A stretch of 64,000 nucleotides of DNA from Pelagibacteraceae bacterium AG-325-C10 (lineage in GTDB: Bacteria; Pseudomonadota; Alphaproteobacteria; Pelagibacterales; Pelagibacteraceae). This document shows, one piece after another, positions 18,685 through 29,069 of this stretch. Position numbers and translations under genes: made by a program. The notes beneath the pieces were generated by a model that was not told the DNA's origin, ran no database searches, and worked only from the letters and a program-made list of their open reading frames with translations. Location of the stretch: the NCBI GenBank assembly GCA_003282975.1, contig QBYD01000002.1, forward strand, positions 18,913-82,912, written 5' to 3'. The stretch's first letter is position 1. Each line of letters starts with the position of its first letter.

Positions 18685-21006
18685 ATGAGTCAAAGCATTA
18701 ATGAAAAAGTAAAAAGTAAGATAAATGAAGATTTATCTCCAACAAGAAATTTAACTGGGCTTCATCTTAAAATTGTAGCTTCAATAGCAATTATTTGGTC
18801 TTTATTTCAGCTTTGGTATGCTTCACCATTTCCTTTTATGTTCAATTTTGGAATGTTTAAAGGACTTCCGGCTAGAGCTATTCATTTAGGTTTTGCTCTA
18901 ACTTTAGCCTTTTTAATTTATCCAATATCTAAAGGAAAAAAAATTTCTATAATTGATGTAATAATAAGCTTTGTTGGAGCTTTTTCATGTCTTTACATAT
19001 ATTTTTTTTATGATCAACTTGTTGATCGAGGTGGAGTTCTTTTAAATATTTCAATTAATGAAAATTATAATTTACCTGTTGAATTAATCATTGGTAGTTG
19101 TGGTATATTGATTTTATTAGAGGCAACAAGACGTGCAATTGGTTTGCCATTAGTTATTATCGCAATTAGTTTTTTATTGTTTTCTTATTTTGGAAGATAT
19201 GCACCAGAAATAATTTCTCATGGAGGTCTTTCATTAAATAGACTTGTTGGATTTCAATGGCTTGATCAAGAGGCTATATTTGGAATTCCTATTGGTGTTT
19301 CAGTTGATTTCATATTTTTGTTTGTTTTATTTGGTGCATTATTAGAAACTGCTGGAGGAGGTAAATATTTTTTAGACTTAGCATTTGCTATGGTTGGAAA
19401 GATGAGAGGTGGACCAGCTAAAGCTGCAATCTTAGGCTCTGGAATGACTGGATTAATTTCAGGATCTTCAATTGCGAATACAGTTACAACTGGAACATTT
19501 ACAATCCCTATAATGAAAAAGACCGGTTTTTCTGAGGAAAAAGCTGGCGCAATAGAAGTTTCGTCTTCAGTAAATGGTCAAATTATGCCACCAGTTATGG
19601 GCGCTGCAGCATTTGTTATGGCAAGTTTTATTGGGGTTACTTATTTTGAAGTTGTTAAACATGCATTTTTACCAGCAATAATTTCTTACATTGCATTATT
19701 TTATATCTCACATCTTGAGGCTTTAAAATTAAATTTAAAAGGAATGGATGATGCAGATGTGCCAAATTTAAAAAAAACATTTTTATCAGGAATTCATTTT
19801 TTAGTACCAATCTTTGTTTTAATTTACATGTTGGTCTATCTAAGGTTTACAGCTTCCTATTCAATATTTTATGCAACTGTATCGCTTGTATTTGTAAATT
19901 TAATTTATTTATCAGTCAAAAACTCAAACTTTAAGGAGGCACTTAAAGAGTGGTTTAATCAAACAATTGTGGGTTTTGAAAAAGGTGCATTAAATATGGT
20001 TGGTGTTGGAATAGCAATTGCAACAGCAGGGATTATCGTTGGAGCGGTTGGGTCTACAGGATTAAGCACAAATCTTATTATTGTTATAGAATCCATTGCA
20101 AAAGATAATGTTACTATTTTATTATTTTTAACTATTATTTTATGCCTACTTTTAGGGATGGGACTACCAACTACAGCAAATTATGTCGTCGTAGCCTCAT
20201 TAATGGCAACTGTTCTGGTGGATGTAGGAAACGCTTCTGGTTTTATTTTTCCGCTTATAGCAGTTCATTTATTTGTATTTTATTTTGGTTTAATGGCTGA
20301 TGTTACTCCGCCTGTAGGTTTAGCTTCTTACGCTGCTGCAGCTATATCAGGAGGTGATCCTTTAAAAACTGGACTACAAGCATTTTGGTATAGTTTAAGA
20401 ACAGGAATTCTTCCAATTGTTTTTTTATTTAATCACGAACTACTATTAATAGGAATAGAAGATTTTTGGCATGGTCTAGTTGTAATTGCAACCTCTCTAA
20501 TAGGAATATTAGTTTTTACTTCTGCGACTCAAGGTTGGTTTATTAATAAATTAAGATGGTATGAGATTATTATTTTTTTAATTATTTCTATTTCTTTGTT
20601 GTCACCTGAATTTGTATTAAATAAATTTTATCCAAAATATAATTATCAAGATATCAATAAAATTAGTTCAGTAAAATTAGATCCAAAAAAGGAAGTTAGA
20701 TTTAAAGTAACAAGACCAAGTCCATATGGAGAAAGATATAAACTTTTTGTTATTAATAAAAATACTTTTGAAACAGAATATAATATTGAGCAATATGGAA
20801 TTAACCTTGTAAGAGAACAAGATAAGATTATTGTTGATACTTTAAAATGGAATGGAAAAGCTAAGAAAAGCGGATTTGAGATGGGTGATTTAATTAGTGA
20901 ATTTAAAATAGAAAACTCTAATAGACCAAATAAAACTATAATATATCCAATAGCAATTTTATTATTATTTATTTTTGGCTATTTAAACTTAAGAAGAAAA
21001 GAATAG
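18685..21006 (+). CDS. TRAP transporter fused 4TM/12TM permease
   Basis: GGPAKAA, GQIMPPVMGAAAF, GMGLPTTANY, ADVTPPVGLA; many TM helices. Confidence 0.93.
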   Translation: MSQSINEKVKSKINEDLSPTRNLTGLHLKIVASIAIIWSLFQLWYASPFPFMFNFGMFKGLPARAIHLGFALTLAFLIYPISKGKKISIIDVIISFVGAFSCLYIYFFYDQLVDRGGVLLNISINENYNLPVELIIGSCGILILLEATRRAIGLPLVIIAISFLLFSYFGRYAPEIISHGGLSLNRLVGFQWLDQEAIFGIPIGVSVDFIFLFVLFGALLETAGGGKYFLDLAFAMVGKMRGGPAKAAILGSGMTGLISGSSIANTVTTGTFTIPIMKKTGFSEEKAGAIEVSSSVNGQIMPPVMGAAAFVMASFIGVTYFEVVKHAFLPAIISYIALFYISHLEALKLNLKGMDDADVPNLKKTFLSGIHFLVPIFVLIYMLVYLRFTASYSIFYATVSLVFVNLIYLSVKNSNFKEALKEWFNQTIVGFEKGALNMVGVGIAIATAGIIVGAVGSTGLSTNLIIVIESIAKDNVTILLFLTIILCLLLGMGLPTTANYVVVASLMATVLVDVGNASGFIFPLIAVHLFVFYFGLMADVTPPVGLASYAAAAISGGDPLKTGLQAFWYSLRTGILPIVFLFNHELLLIGIEDFWHGLVVIATSLIGILVFTSATQGWFINKLRWYEIIIFLIISISLLSPEFVLNKFYPKYNYQDINKISSVKLDPKKEVRFKVTRPSPYGERYKLFVINKNTFETEYNIEQYGINLVREQDKIIVDTLKWNGKAKKSGFEMGDLISEFKIENSNRPNKTIIYPIAILLLFIFGYLNLRRKE

Positions 21007-21027
21007 TTCAGGTATTACCCAATTAGC

Positions 21028-21429
21028 TTATTTTATTTTTAATATCTTCCAAACCCCAGATCCAGAAGTTATAATTTTATCATTACACCTTAGTTCACAA
21101 AACAAAAATATTAGAGTGCTTGTTTTTTTCAATATTTTTGTAAATCCAGTTATCTCATCACCTACTTTTGAAGCACCTATAAATTTTAAATCTAAAGAAA
21201 TAGTTACGCAAGGCGCTCCGTTAGCTGCTCTGTGAGCTGATGTTCCTGCTCCTGCATCAATTAAAGCAGATAAATAACCACCATGAGTGATACCTGCAGC
21301 ATTCAAATGATTTTCATTAATTGTAGATTTAAATTCATATTCTTTCTCAGAAATTGTTCTAAATAAAACACCTCCATTATGTTTCATAAATCCAGGCTTA
21401 ATACTTATTTGTTCAAATTCATTGCTCAT
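21028..21429 (-). CDS. PaaI-family thioesterase
   Basis: HLNAAGITHGG...D hotdog-fold motif. Confidence 0.88.
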   Translation of the reverse strand: MSNEFEQISIKPGFMKHNGGVLFRTISEKEYEFKSTINENHLNAAGITHGGYLSALIDAGAGTSAHRAANGAPCVTISLDLKFIGASKVGDEITGFTKILKKTSTLIFLFCELRCNDKIITSGSGVWKILKIK

Positions 21430-21548
21430 AGTTTTTTATAATACAAAAGTTAAAATTAATAAAATTATAAATATAATTATAAAAAAGTATATTACTGATT
21501 TTTGAAGTGATGCTTTAAGTAACCAATCTAACATTCAATTTCCTTTTT

Positions 21549-21625
21549 TGGTGGACCGCCCAGAACTCGAATCTGGAATCTCCCGGTTCGTAGCCGAGCG
21601 CCTTATCCAATTTGGCCAGCGGTCC
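21549..21625 (-). tRNA. tRNA-Arg(ACG)
   Basis: Reverse complement: acceptor GGACCGC/GCGGTCC, anticodon arm CTCGG-CTACGAA-CCGGG, TTCGAGT T-loop, encoded CCA. Confidence 0.95.
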
Positions 21626-21788
21626 TTTATTAATTTTTTTTATAAAAATATTATGAAGTTACTGTATTTTTGAATTTTATTAACAATTTTTGTTAAATAA
21701 AATTACAGCTTTGCATAAAATTTCTAATTAATGTGCTAAAATATCATTAAATATACTTTTTTTTTAGGTATATAAACCGTTTAAAAAA

Positions 21789-24700
21789 ATGACTGAAAAA
21801 TTAGTTGTCCCAGATATTGGAGATTTTGAAGATGTTGAGGTTATTGAAATACTTGTTAAAGAAGGCGATCAGATAAAAGTAAACGACCCAGTAGTTACTA
21901 TTGAAAGCGATAAATCTAGCGTTGAAATCCCTTCTACCGTTTCAGGAAAAATAGAAAATATAGCAATCAAAGTAGGTGATAAAGTTTCAAAAGATGATTT
22001 GCTTTTAAACGTTTCTTCCTCTAGTAAAAATTTAGACGATAAGTCAATTCCGAAAGATACAGAGAGTATTATCAAACAAGCAGAAGCCGCAATGGCACAA
22101 CAAAAAGAAGAAACTGTAATTTCTCAAGAACCAGTTCGAAAAAAAGAGCAGTCAATTATTCAAGTAACTAAGAGTGGTGACATTGATCCTTTAGAAACAC
22201 AAGATTGGTTAGAGTCTTTGTCTGCTGTAATTTCTAAGGATGGTAATCAGAGAGCTCACTTTTTAATCAAAGAATTAATCAACAAAGCTTATCGAGAAGG
22301 CGCTAATATTCCATATACTCAAAATACTCCCTACATCAATACAATCCCTCCAGAGGCAGAGGTAAAATCAAATGGAGATCAAAATATTGAACGAAGAATT
22401 AGATCTTTAATTAGATGGAATGCAGCTGCAATGGTAGTCAGAGCAAACAAAAAATTCCCTGAACTTGGTGGACATATAGGTACATTTGCATCAGCAGCAA
22501 CATTATATGATGTAGGAATGAATCACTTTTGGAGAGCAAAAAATAATAAATTTGGTGGAGATTTAGTTTATTTTCAAGGACATAGTGCACCAGGCATGTA
22601 CGCAAGAGCTTTCTTAGAAGGAAGATTGAGTGAAAAACAATTAGATAGTTTTAGGCAGGAGGTTAATACAGATGGACTTTCCTCATATCCTCATCCCTGG
22701 TTGATGCCAAAATTTTGGCAGTTTCCAACTGTCTCAATGGGGCTAGGCCCTATGCTTGCAATATATCAAGCAAGATACATGAAATATTTAATTAATCGAG
22801 GACTTATAAAAGATGAGGGTCGAAAAGTTTGGGCATTTTTAGGTGATGGTGAAATGGATGAGCCAGAGTCTATGGGTGCTATTGGTTTAGCTGCAAGAGA
22901 AAAATTAGATAATTTAATTTTTGTTATTAATTGTAATCTGCAAAGATTAGATGGTCCTGTAAGAGGAAATGGGAAAATCATTCAAGAATTAGAAGGTAGT
23001 TTCCGAGGATCTGGTTGGAACGTAATTAAAGTAATTTGGGGTTCTTATTGGGACTCATTAATAGCAAATGATAAAACTGGTCATTTAGTAAAAATAATGA
23101 ATGAAACAGTTGATGGCGAATATCAAGCAATGAAGGCAAGAGATGGAGCATACGTCAGAGAAAAATTTTTTGGAAAATATTCCGAGACACATGAATTAGT
23201 CTCTAGTTTGTCAGATAAAGATATTTGGAGACTAAATAGAGGTGGTCATGATCCACATAAAGTTTTTGCTGCATATGATAGAGCATCTAAAAACCAAGGA
23301 AGTCCTACCGTAATTATAGCTAAAACAATAAAAGGCTATGGAATGGGTAAGACGGGTGAAAGTGTTAATACAACTCACCAAACAAAAAAATTAGATGTTG
23401 ATGATTTGATGTATTACAGAGATCGATTTGACGTACCTTTAACAGATGAACAAGTAAGAAATATTGAATATTTTAAACCTGACGATAAGTCATCAGAAAT
23501 TAAGTATTTAAAAGAGCGAAGATTAAACTTGGGTGGGTTTTTACCAGAAAGAACAACTTACGCGAAGCCAATTAAAACTCCATCAAAAGATATTTTTGAT
23601 TTTATGAAAGTTTCAACTGGTGAAAAAGAAATGTCTACTACTATGGCTTTAGTAAGAATGTTGACAAATTTATTAAGAGATAAAAATATTTCGCCACGGT
23701 TAGTTCCAATTATTCCTGATGAAGCAAGAACTTTTGGTATGGAAGGATTTTTTCAAAAAATTGGTATTTACGCACACGAAGGTCAGAAATATGAACCTGA
23801 AGATGCAGCTCAATTAAGTTCTTATCGTGAGGATAAAAGTGGCCAAGTTTTAGAAGAAGGAATCAATGAAGCTGGTGCAATGTCATCCTGGATTGCAGCA
23901 GCTACAGCATACACAAATCATGATATAGAAATGATACCAATCTATATTTTCTACTCTATGTTTGGTTTTCAAAGAGTTGGGGATCTTGCATGGGCAGCAG
24001 GGGATAGTCAAGCAAGAGGTTTTTTGATTGGAGCTACCGCAGGTAGAACAACATTAGCAGGCGAAGGTCTGCAACACCAAGATGGGCATAGTCATTTAAT
24101 AGCTTCAACAATACCGAATTGTGTTACTTATGATCCAACTTTTCATTATGAATTAGCAGTTATTTTCAGAGAAGGTATGAGGCGAATGCATGAAAAAAAT
24201 GAAAATATTTTTTATTATATTACCACAATGAATGAAAACTATTCTCATCCTGAGATCCTAAAAGATAAGAAATGTGAAGAGGGCATTCTTAAAGGCATGT
24301 ATAAGATTAAAGAATATAATGAATTTAAAAAAACAAAAATTCAACTTTTAGGCTCAGGCACAATTTTACGTGAAATGATATCAGCTGCTGAAATCCTTCA
24401 AAATGATTATCAGATAGATAGTGAAATTTGGAGTGTTACAAGTTTTAATGAGTTAAGAAAAGATGGGATGGAAGTTGAAAGATATAATTTATTAAATCCA
24501 GATAAAGATCAGAAAATATCATATGTAGATCAATGTTTAGGAAAAAAAGAGGGGCCAATTATGGCGGCTTCTGATTACATGAGAATGCATTCAGATCAAA
24601 TTAGACCTTATACCAATAAAAGCTTTTATTCTCTAGGAACAGATGGATTTGGCAGAAGTGATACGAGAAAAAAACTTAGAAAATTTTTTGAAGTGGATAA

Positions 24701-24827
24701 GGAACACTTGGTTGCTTATAGTTTAAGTGTTTTAGCTAAAGAGCAGTTAATAACTTCAAAATATGCGAAAGAGGCTATAAAAAAATATAATATTGACGGT
24801 GAAAGACCAATGCCCACTAAATTATAA
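21789..24827 (+). CDS. aceE: Pyruvate dehydrogenase E1, homodimeric type, with N-terminal lipoyl domain
   Basis: DIDPLETQDW, GGHIGT, FPTVSMGLGP, GDGEMDEPES, GEGLQHQDG; first ~78 aa are a lipoyl domain (IESDKSSVEIP). Confidence 0.95.
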   Translation: MTEKLVVPDIGDFEDVEVIEILVKEGDQIKVNDPVVTIESDKSSVEIPSTVSGKIENIAIKVGDKVSKDDLLLNVSSSSKNLDDKSIPKDTESIIKQAEAAMAQQKEETVISQEPVRKKEQSIIQVTKSGDIDPLETQDWLESLSAVISKDGNQRAHFLIKELINKAYREGANIPYTQNTPYINTIPPEAEVKSNGDQNIERRIRSLIRWNAAAMVVRANKKFPELGGHIGTFASAATLYDVGMNHFWRAKNNKFGGDLVYFQGHSAPGMYARAFLEGRLSEKQLDSFRQEVNTDGLSSYPHPWLMPKFWQFPTVSMGLGPMLAIYQARYMKYLINRGLIKDEGRKVWAFLGDGEMDEPESMGAIGLAAREKLDNLIFVINCNLQRLDGPVRGNGKIIQELEGSFRGSGWNVIKVIWGSYWDSLIANDKTGHLVKIMNETVDGEYQAMKARDGAYVREKFFGKYSETHELVSSLSDKDIWRLNRGGHDPHKVFAAYDRASKNQGSPTVIIAKTIKGYGMGKTGESVNTTHQTKKLDVDDLMYYRDRFDVPLTDEQVRNIEYFKPDDKSSEIKYLKERRLNLGGFLPERTTYAKPIKTPSKDIFDFMKVSTGEKEMSTTMALVRMLTNLLRDKNISPRLVPIIPDEARTFGMEGFFQKIGIYAHEGQKYEPEDAAQLSSYREDKSGQVLEEGINEAGAMSSWIAAATAYTNHDIEMIPIYIFYSMFGFQRVGDLAWAAGDSQARGFLIGATAGRTTLAGEGLQHQDGHSHLIASTIPNCVTYDPTFHYELAVIFREGMRRMHEKNENIFYYITTMNENYSHPEILKDKKCEEGILKGMYKIKEYNEFKKTKIQLLGSGTILREMISAAEILQNDYQIDSEIWSVTSFNELRKDGMEVERYNLLNPDKDQKISYVDQCLGKKEGPIMAASDYMRMHSDQIRPYTNKSFYSLGTDGFGRSDTRKKLRKFFEVDKEHLVAYSLSVLAKEQLITSKYAKEAIKKYNIDGERPMPTKL

Positions 24828-26092
24828 TGCTAGTTACTGAAATTAAAGTACCTAATATTGGAGATTTTAAAGATGTTGAGGTAATTGAAGTTTTAGTTTC
24901 TGAGGGTCAAGAAATAAAAAAGAATGATCCTTTGATAACCATTGAAAGTGATAAATCTAGCGTAGAGATTCCTTCTAACTTTGAGGGTAAAATCAAATCT
25001 TTAAATTTAAAAGTAGGAGATAAAGTTTCAGAGGGTGATTTAATATTAATTTTAGAAGGTGAGTCACTAACGAAGATAAAAGATGAGGAAAAGCAAAATA
25101 AAGAAAAAGACCTAAAAGAAATTAAAGAGATTAAACCAGAAATAGAGAAAACAAATAATAATCAAACTAAAACTTTATCTAAAGAAATATCTCCTGCCAG
25201 TCCGAAAGCTAGAAAATTTGCTAGGGAGCTTGGAGTAGATATTACCCAGGTTAAAGGAAGTGAAAAAGATGGAAGAGTCATTGAGGAAGATATAAAAAAA
25301 TTCGTTTCTTCTAAATCAAAAAATATTTTTGAAATAAAAGAAAATAATACTAATAAAATTAGAAATGAATTTGAACATTCTGATTTTGGAGAAATTGAAG
25401 TTAAAGAAATTCCAAGAGTAAAAAAATTATCTACAGTTTATTTAACTAATTCTTGGACAACGATACCACATGTAACAAACCATGATGAGGCAGATATAAC
25501 AGAAATGGAGAATTTCAGAAGTTCTCTTAAAGATATTTACACTGGAGAAAGAATTAAAATCACTCCTTTAGCGTTTATAATTAAAGCATTAGTAGCTTCT
25601 TTAAAAAAATTCCCAAGTTTTAATTCTTCTATCGATGAAATTGAAACTGGAAAAATGACATTAAAAAAATATTTTCATATTGGAATTGCTGTTGATACGC
25701 CTAATGGTTTGATGGTTCCTAAAATCAGAAATGCTAATAACAAAAAAATTTTACATTTAAGTAAAGAATTAAAAGAAATTAGTGAATTATGCAGAAATCT
25801 AAAAATTGAAAAAAAAGAATTATTTGGTGGATCTATGACAATTACAAGTTTGGGTGGAATTGGAGGGTCATTTTTTACTCCAATTATAAATTTTCCAGAA
25901 GTTGCAATTTTAGGAGTAGGCAAATCTCAAAAAAAACAAATTTTGATTGATGGAAAACTGCACATGAGAACAATGTTACCGTTATCTCTATCTTATGATC
26001 ATAGAATTATAGATGGTGCGGAAGCAGCAAGGTTTAACAATGATTTAAAGGAAAATTTAGGCAGGAATTTTGCTTATAAATTAGCAATTTAA
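24827..26092 (+). CDS. aceF: Pyruvate dehydrogenase E2 dihydrolipoamide acetyltransferase
   Basis: Single lipoyl domain, ASPKARKFARELG subunit-binding domain, DHRIIDG catalytic motif. Confidence 0.94.
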   Translation: MLVTEIKVPNIGDFKDVEVIEVLVSEGQEIKKNDPLITIESDKSSVEIPSNFEGKIKSLNLKVGDKVSEGDLILILEGESLTKIKDEEKQNKEKDLKEIKEIKPEIEKTNNNQTKTLSKEISPASPKARKFARELGVDITQVKGSEKDGRVIEEDIKKFVSSKSKNIFEIKENNTNKIRNEFEHSDFGEIEVKEIPRVKKLSTVYLTNSWTTIPHVTNHDEADITEMENFRSSLKDIYTGERIKITPLAFIIKALVASLKKFPSFNSSIDEIETGKMTLKKYFHIGIAVDTPNGLMVPKIRNANNKKILHLSKELKEISELCRNLKIEKKELFGGSMTITSLGGIGGSFFTPIINFPEVAILGVGKSQKKQILIDGKLHMRTMLPLSLSYDHRIIDGAEAARFNNDLKENLGRNFAYKLAI

Positions 26093-26122
26093 TTTTTACA
26101 AAAAATATTTTAGATTTAATAA

Positions 26123-27217
26123 ATGATAGAAAATATTAAAATTTTACCAGATAGTCTTCATGTAAAATTTAAAAATAATATAGATGATAATTTTCCCAAT
26201 ATTTGGCTTAGAGATCATGCAAAAGATGATGAAAATTGGGATCAAAGAAGCCACCAAAGAAAAACTTTTACTGCTAAATTAGATACAAACTTATTCATTA
26301 AAGAGGCATCGGTAAGTGAAAATGGCAATTGTGTTAATATTTTATGGTCAGATTCTGAAAAAATGATCAAGTATTCAACAGAATTTTTACAAAAAAATTT
26401 AATTAAAAAAGATGATACAGATCAGAAATTTTCCTTATGGAAGAGTAAGGACATTAATGATCAAGTTTATCTGAATTATAACGATGTAGTCTCTGATGAT
26501 GGATTTAAATTTTTTCTTAAAAATTTATATGAATATGGTTTCTGTGTAATAACAAACTGCAAAACCAATATGGAAACTGTAGATGTAATCGCAAACAAGA
26601 TAGGTTACGTAAGACAATCTATTTTTGGAGGATTGTGGGAATTCGAATCTAATGCAGAGATGGCTGATAGTGCTTATACCCAAGAGGAACTAAGACCACA
26701 TACAGACTCTACCTATAGTAAAGATGCACCGGGGCTTCAATTATTATTATGTTGTGATTATGATGCGACAGGTGGAGAGTCGATTATGGTAGATGGTTTC
26801 AAAATTGCCGAAACTTTAAAAAAACAAAAAGAGATATTCGAAATACTTTCAAACGTTGAGGTTCCAGGAAAATATGTTGGTGATGGTGTGATACTTGAAG
26901 CAAGAAGACCAATTTTCCGACATAACTCTAAAAATGAATTAACTCAAGTAAGCTTTAATAACTATGATCGTGCTGAATTTAGAATGGAAAATGAGCTTAC
27001 GTTAAAATTTTATGAGGCAATTACACGATTTGATAACTTAGCAAACAATATTGAATATCAATGGAGACATATTTTAAAACCTGGTGAGCTTTTAATTTTT
27101 AATAACTGGAGAGTTTTACATGGGCGAGGTTCATTTCAGGGAAAAAGAAAAATGGCTGGTTGCTACATAAATATGGAAGATTTTGAAAGTGTCTGTAAAA
27201 TCAACAACATATTTTAA
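26123..27217 (+). CDS. TauD/TfdA-family Fe(II)/2OG dioxygenase (trimethyllysine dioxygenase / gamma-butyrobetaine hydroxylase-like)
   Basis: WLRDH N-terminal motif, AYT...PHTD (HxD), GGES..VDG, NWRVLHGR. Confidence 0.85.
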   Translation: MIENIKILPDSLHVKFKNNIDDNFPNIWLRDHAKDDENWDQRSHQRKTFTAKLDTNLFIKEASVSENGNCVNILWSDSEKMIKYSTEFLQKNLIKKDDTDQKFSLWKSKDINDQVYLNYNDVVSDDGFKFFLKNLYEYGFCVITNCKTNMETVDVIANKIGYVRQSIFGGLWEFESNAEMADSAYTQEELRPHTDSTYSKDAPGLQLLLCCDYDATGGESIMVDGFKIAETLKKQKEIFEILSNVEVPGKYVGDGVILEARRPIFRHNSKNELTQVSFNNYDRAEFRMENELTLKFYEAITRFDNLANNIEYQWRHILKPGELLIFNNWRVLHGRGSFQGKRKMAGCYINMEDFESVCKINNIF

Positions 27218-27243
27218 ATAATTTTCTAATCAATTAATCAAGT

Positions 27244-28134
27244 ATGACAAAATCCTTATCATTAATTTGTGCTTTAATTACAACATTTATCTGGGGAACT
27301 GCTTTTATTGCTCAAGATACGGGTATGGACAATATTGGTCCTTTAACTTTTAATGCAGCTAGATTTCTTGTTGGTTTTGTAGCCATATTACCTTTCGCAC
27401 TAATATTTGAAAAAAAAAAAATTATTAGCCAAATAAATTTAGATAGAAAAAGATTTATCAAATATCTTGTTTTCATGGGTTTTTCTTTATTTTTAGGAAC
27501 ATCGTTACAACAAGCTTCCCTTCAATATACGAATGTTGCAAATGCTGCTTTTTTCACTGTATTTTATGTACCTTTAGTTCCCATATTGTTATTTTTTTTA
27601 TATTCTCAAAAAGTTCATTGGAGTATTTGGCCTTCAATTGCCCTTTGTGTATATGGAGTTTATCTATTAAGTAATTTCTCTGACTCAGAAATTATGAAAG
27701 GTGATGCACTTGTAATTTTATGTTCTTTATTTTGGGCTTTTCACATAATTTTTGCAGGTAAATTTATGAAAATATTTGATATCCCAATGTTTTATGCTGC
27801 TTTACAAGCAGTATTTGTTGCCACATTATCGATAATCTCAGCATACACTTTTGAAGATGTTGTTTTATCAAATATTCTTCTCGAAAGCTCATCAATAATT
27901 TATGCTGGAGTTTTATCTGGTGGTATTGCTTTTACACTTCAAATGTTTGCACAAAAAAATATTGATGAAGCTCCTGCTGCAATTATATATTCTCTTGAAG
28001 GAGTTTTTGCAGTAATTGCAGCTTGGATAATATTAAATCAGATATTAGATATTGATAATATTATTGGATGTATATTAATATTAATAGCTGTTGTATTTTC
28101 TCAATTAGCTCCAGAGATTAAAAATAAATTATAA
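27244..28134 (+). CDS. DMT/EamA-family transporter
   Basis: IWGTAF, about 10 TM helices, duplicated EamA pattern. Confidence 0.88.
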   Translation: MTKSLSLICALITTFIWGTAFIAQDTGMDNIGPLTFNAARFLVGFVAILPFALIFEKKKIISQINLDRKRFIKYLVFMGFSLFLGTSLQQASLQYTNVANAAFFTVFYVPLVPILLFFLYSQKVHWSIWPSIALCVYGVYLLSNFSDSEIMKGDALVILCSLFWAFHIIFAGKFMKIFDIPMFYAALQAVFVATLSIISAYTFEDVVLSNILLESSSIIYAGVLSGGIAFTLQMFAQKNIDEAPAAIIYSLEGVFAVIAAWIILNQILDIDNIIGCILILIAVVFSQLAPEIKNKL

Positions 28135-28885
28135 AAAATAAAATTAAAGCTATTATAATTCTGTAAATTACAAAAGCATTCATAGAAAATTTATTAATAT
28201 ATTCTAAAAAGAATTTAACTGTTATAAAAGAAAAAATAAATGAAGATACTATTGCGATTATTATTAAGTAATTAAATTCAACTGATTGATCAAATAAATC
28301 TTTTAATCCAAGAAAACTTGCACCACTAAGTGCAGGAATTGAAAGTAAGAATGAAATTTTACTAGAGTCTACCCTATTAAATTTTAAAATCCTCGCAGCC
28401 GTCATTGTAATCCCAGCTCTACTAACACCTGGAATTAGTGAAAATATTTGAAATAATCCAATAATCAAAATTGATTGAATATTTAAATTAGCTGAAATTT
28501 TTTTATCAAAACGACTTTTATCAGCAATATACAAAATAATTCCAAATATTAAAGTTGACCAAGCAATAACCTTAATATTTCTCAAACTATAAATAATACC
28601 TGTTTGGTATAAAAAATATCCAACTATTATAAGAGGAATTGATCCTAACGTAATTAAACCTAAGATCCTTTGATTATTTTTAATATCTAGCAATTCTTTT
28701 CGAAAAAAATAAATTATTGAAAATAACGAACCTAAATGAAGACTAATATCTATTAATAGAGAGCTTGATTTAAACTCATATAAGCTAGAAACTAATATTA
28801 AATGTGCTGATGAGCTTATTGGTAGAAATTCAGATATGCCTTGGATTGCTGATAGAATTAAAACTTCTATAATATTTTGAAACAT
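28118..28885 (-). CDS. uppP: Undecaprenyl-diphosphate phosphatase
   Basis: QGISEFLPISSSAH and PGVSRAG motifs. Confidence 0.94.
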   Translation of the reverse strand: MFQNIIEVLILSAIQGISEFLPISSSAHLILVSSLYEFKSSSLLIDISLHLGSLFSIIYFFRKELLDIKNNQRILGLITLGSIPLIIVGYFLYQTGIIYSLRNIKVIAWSTLIFGIILYIADKSRFDKKISANLNIQSILIIGLFQIFSLIPGVSRAGITMTAARILKFNRVDSSKISFLLSIPALSGASFLGLKDLFDQSVEFNYLIIIAIVSSFIFSFITVKFFLEYINKFSMNAFVIYRIIIALILFFIIYF

Positions 28886-28992
28886 TTAGACTTGGTAACT
28901 CAAAAAATATTCATTTAAAACAATTCGATTTCAGCATATTAGGTATGCGTTTGTTAAAAATCCTACTTTTTAAAGCCTATTATTGTTTTTAA

Positions 28993-29011
28993 AGGTCATA
29001 ATATATGACCT
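28993..29011. promoter_or_regulatory. Palindromic candidate operator upstream of gltDB
   Basis: AGGTCATA-ATA-TATGACCT, perfect 8-bp arms, in the divergent uppP/gltD intergenic region. Confidence 0.6.
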
Positions 29012-29069
29012 ATTTTTTACTTTATTTAATAAAAACAATATATAATTTGCATAAAATTTTTAAAAAATT

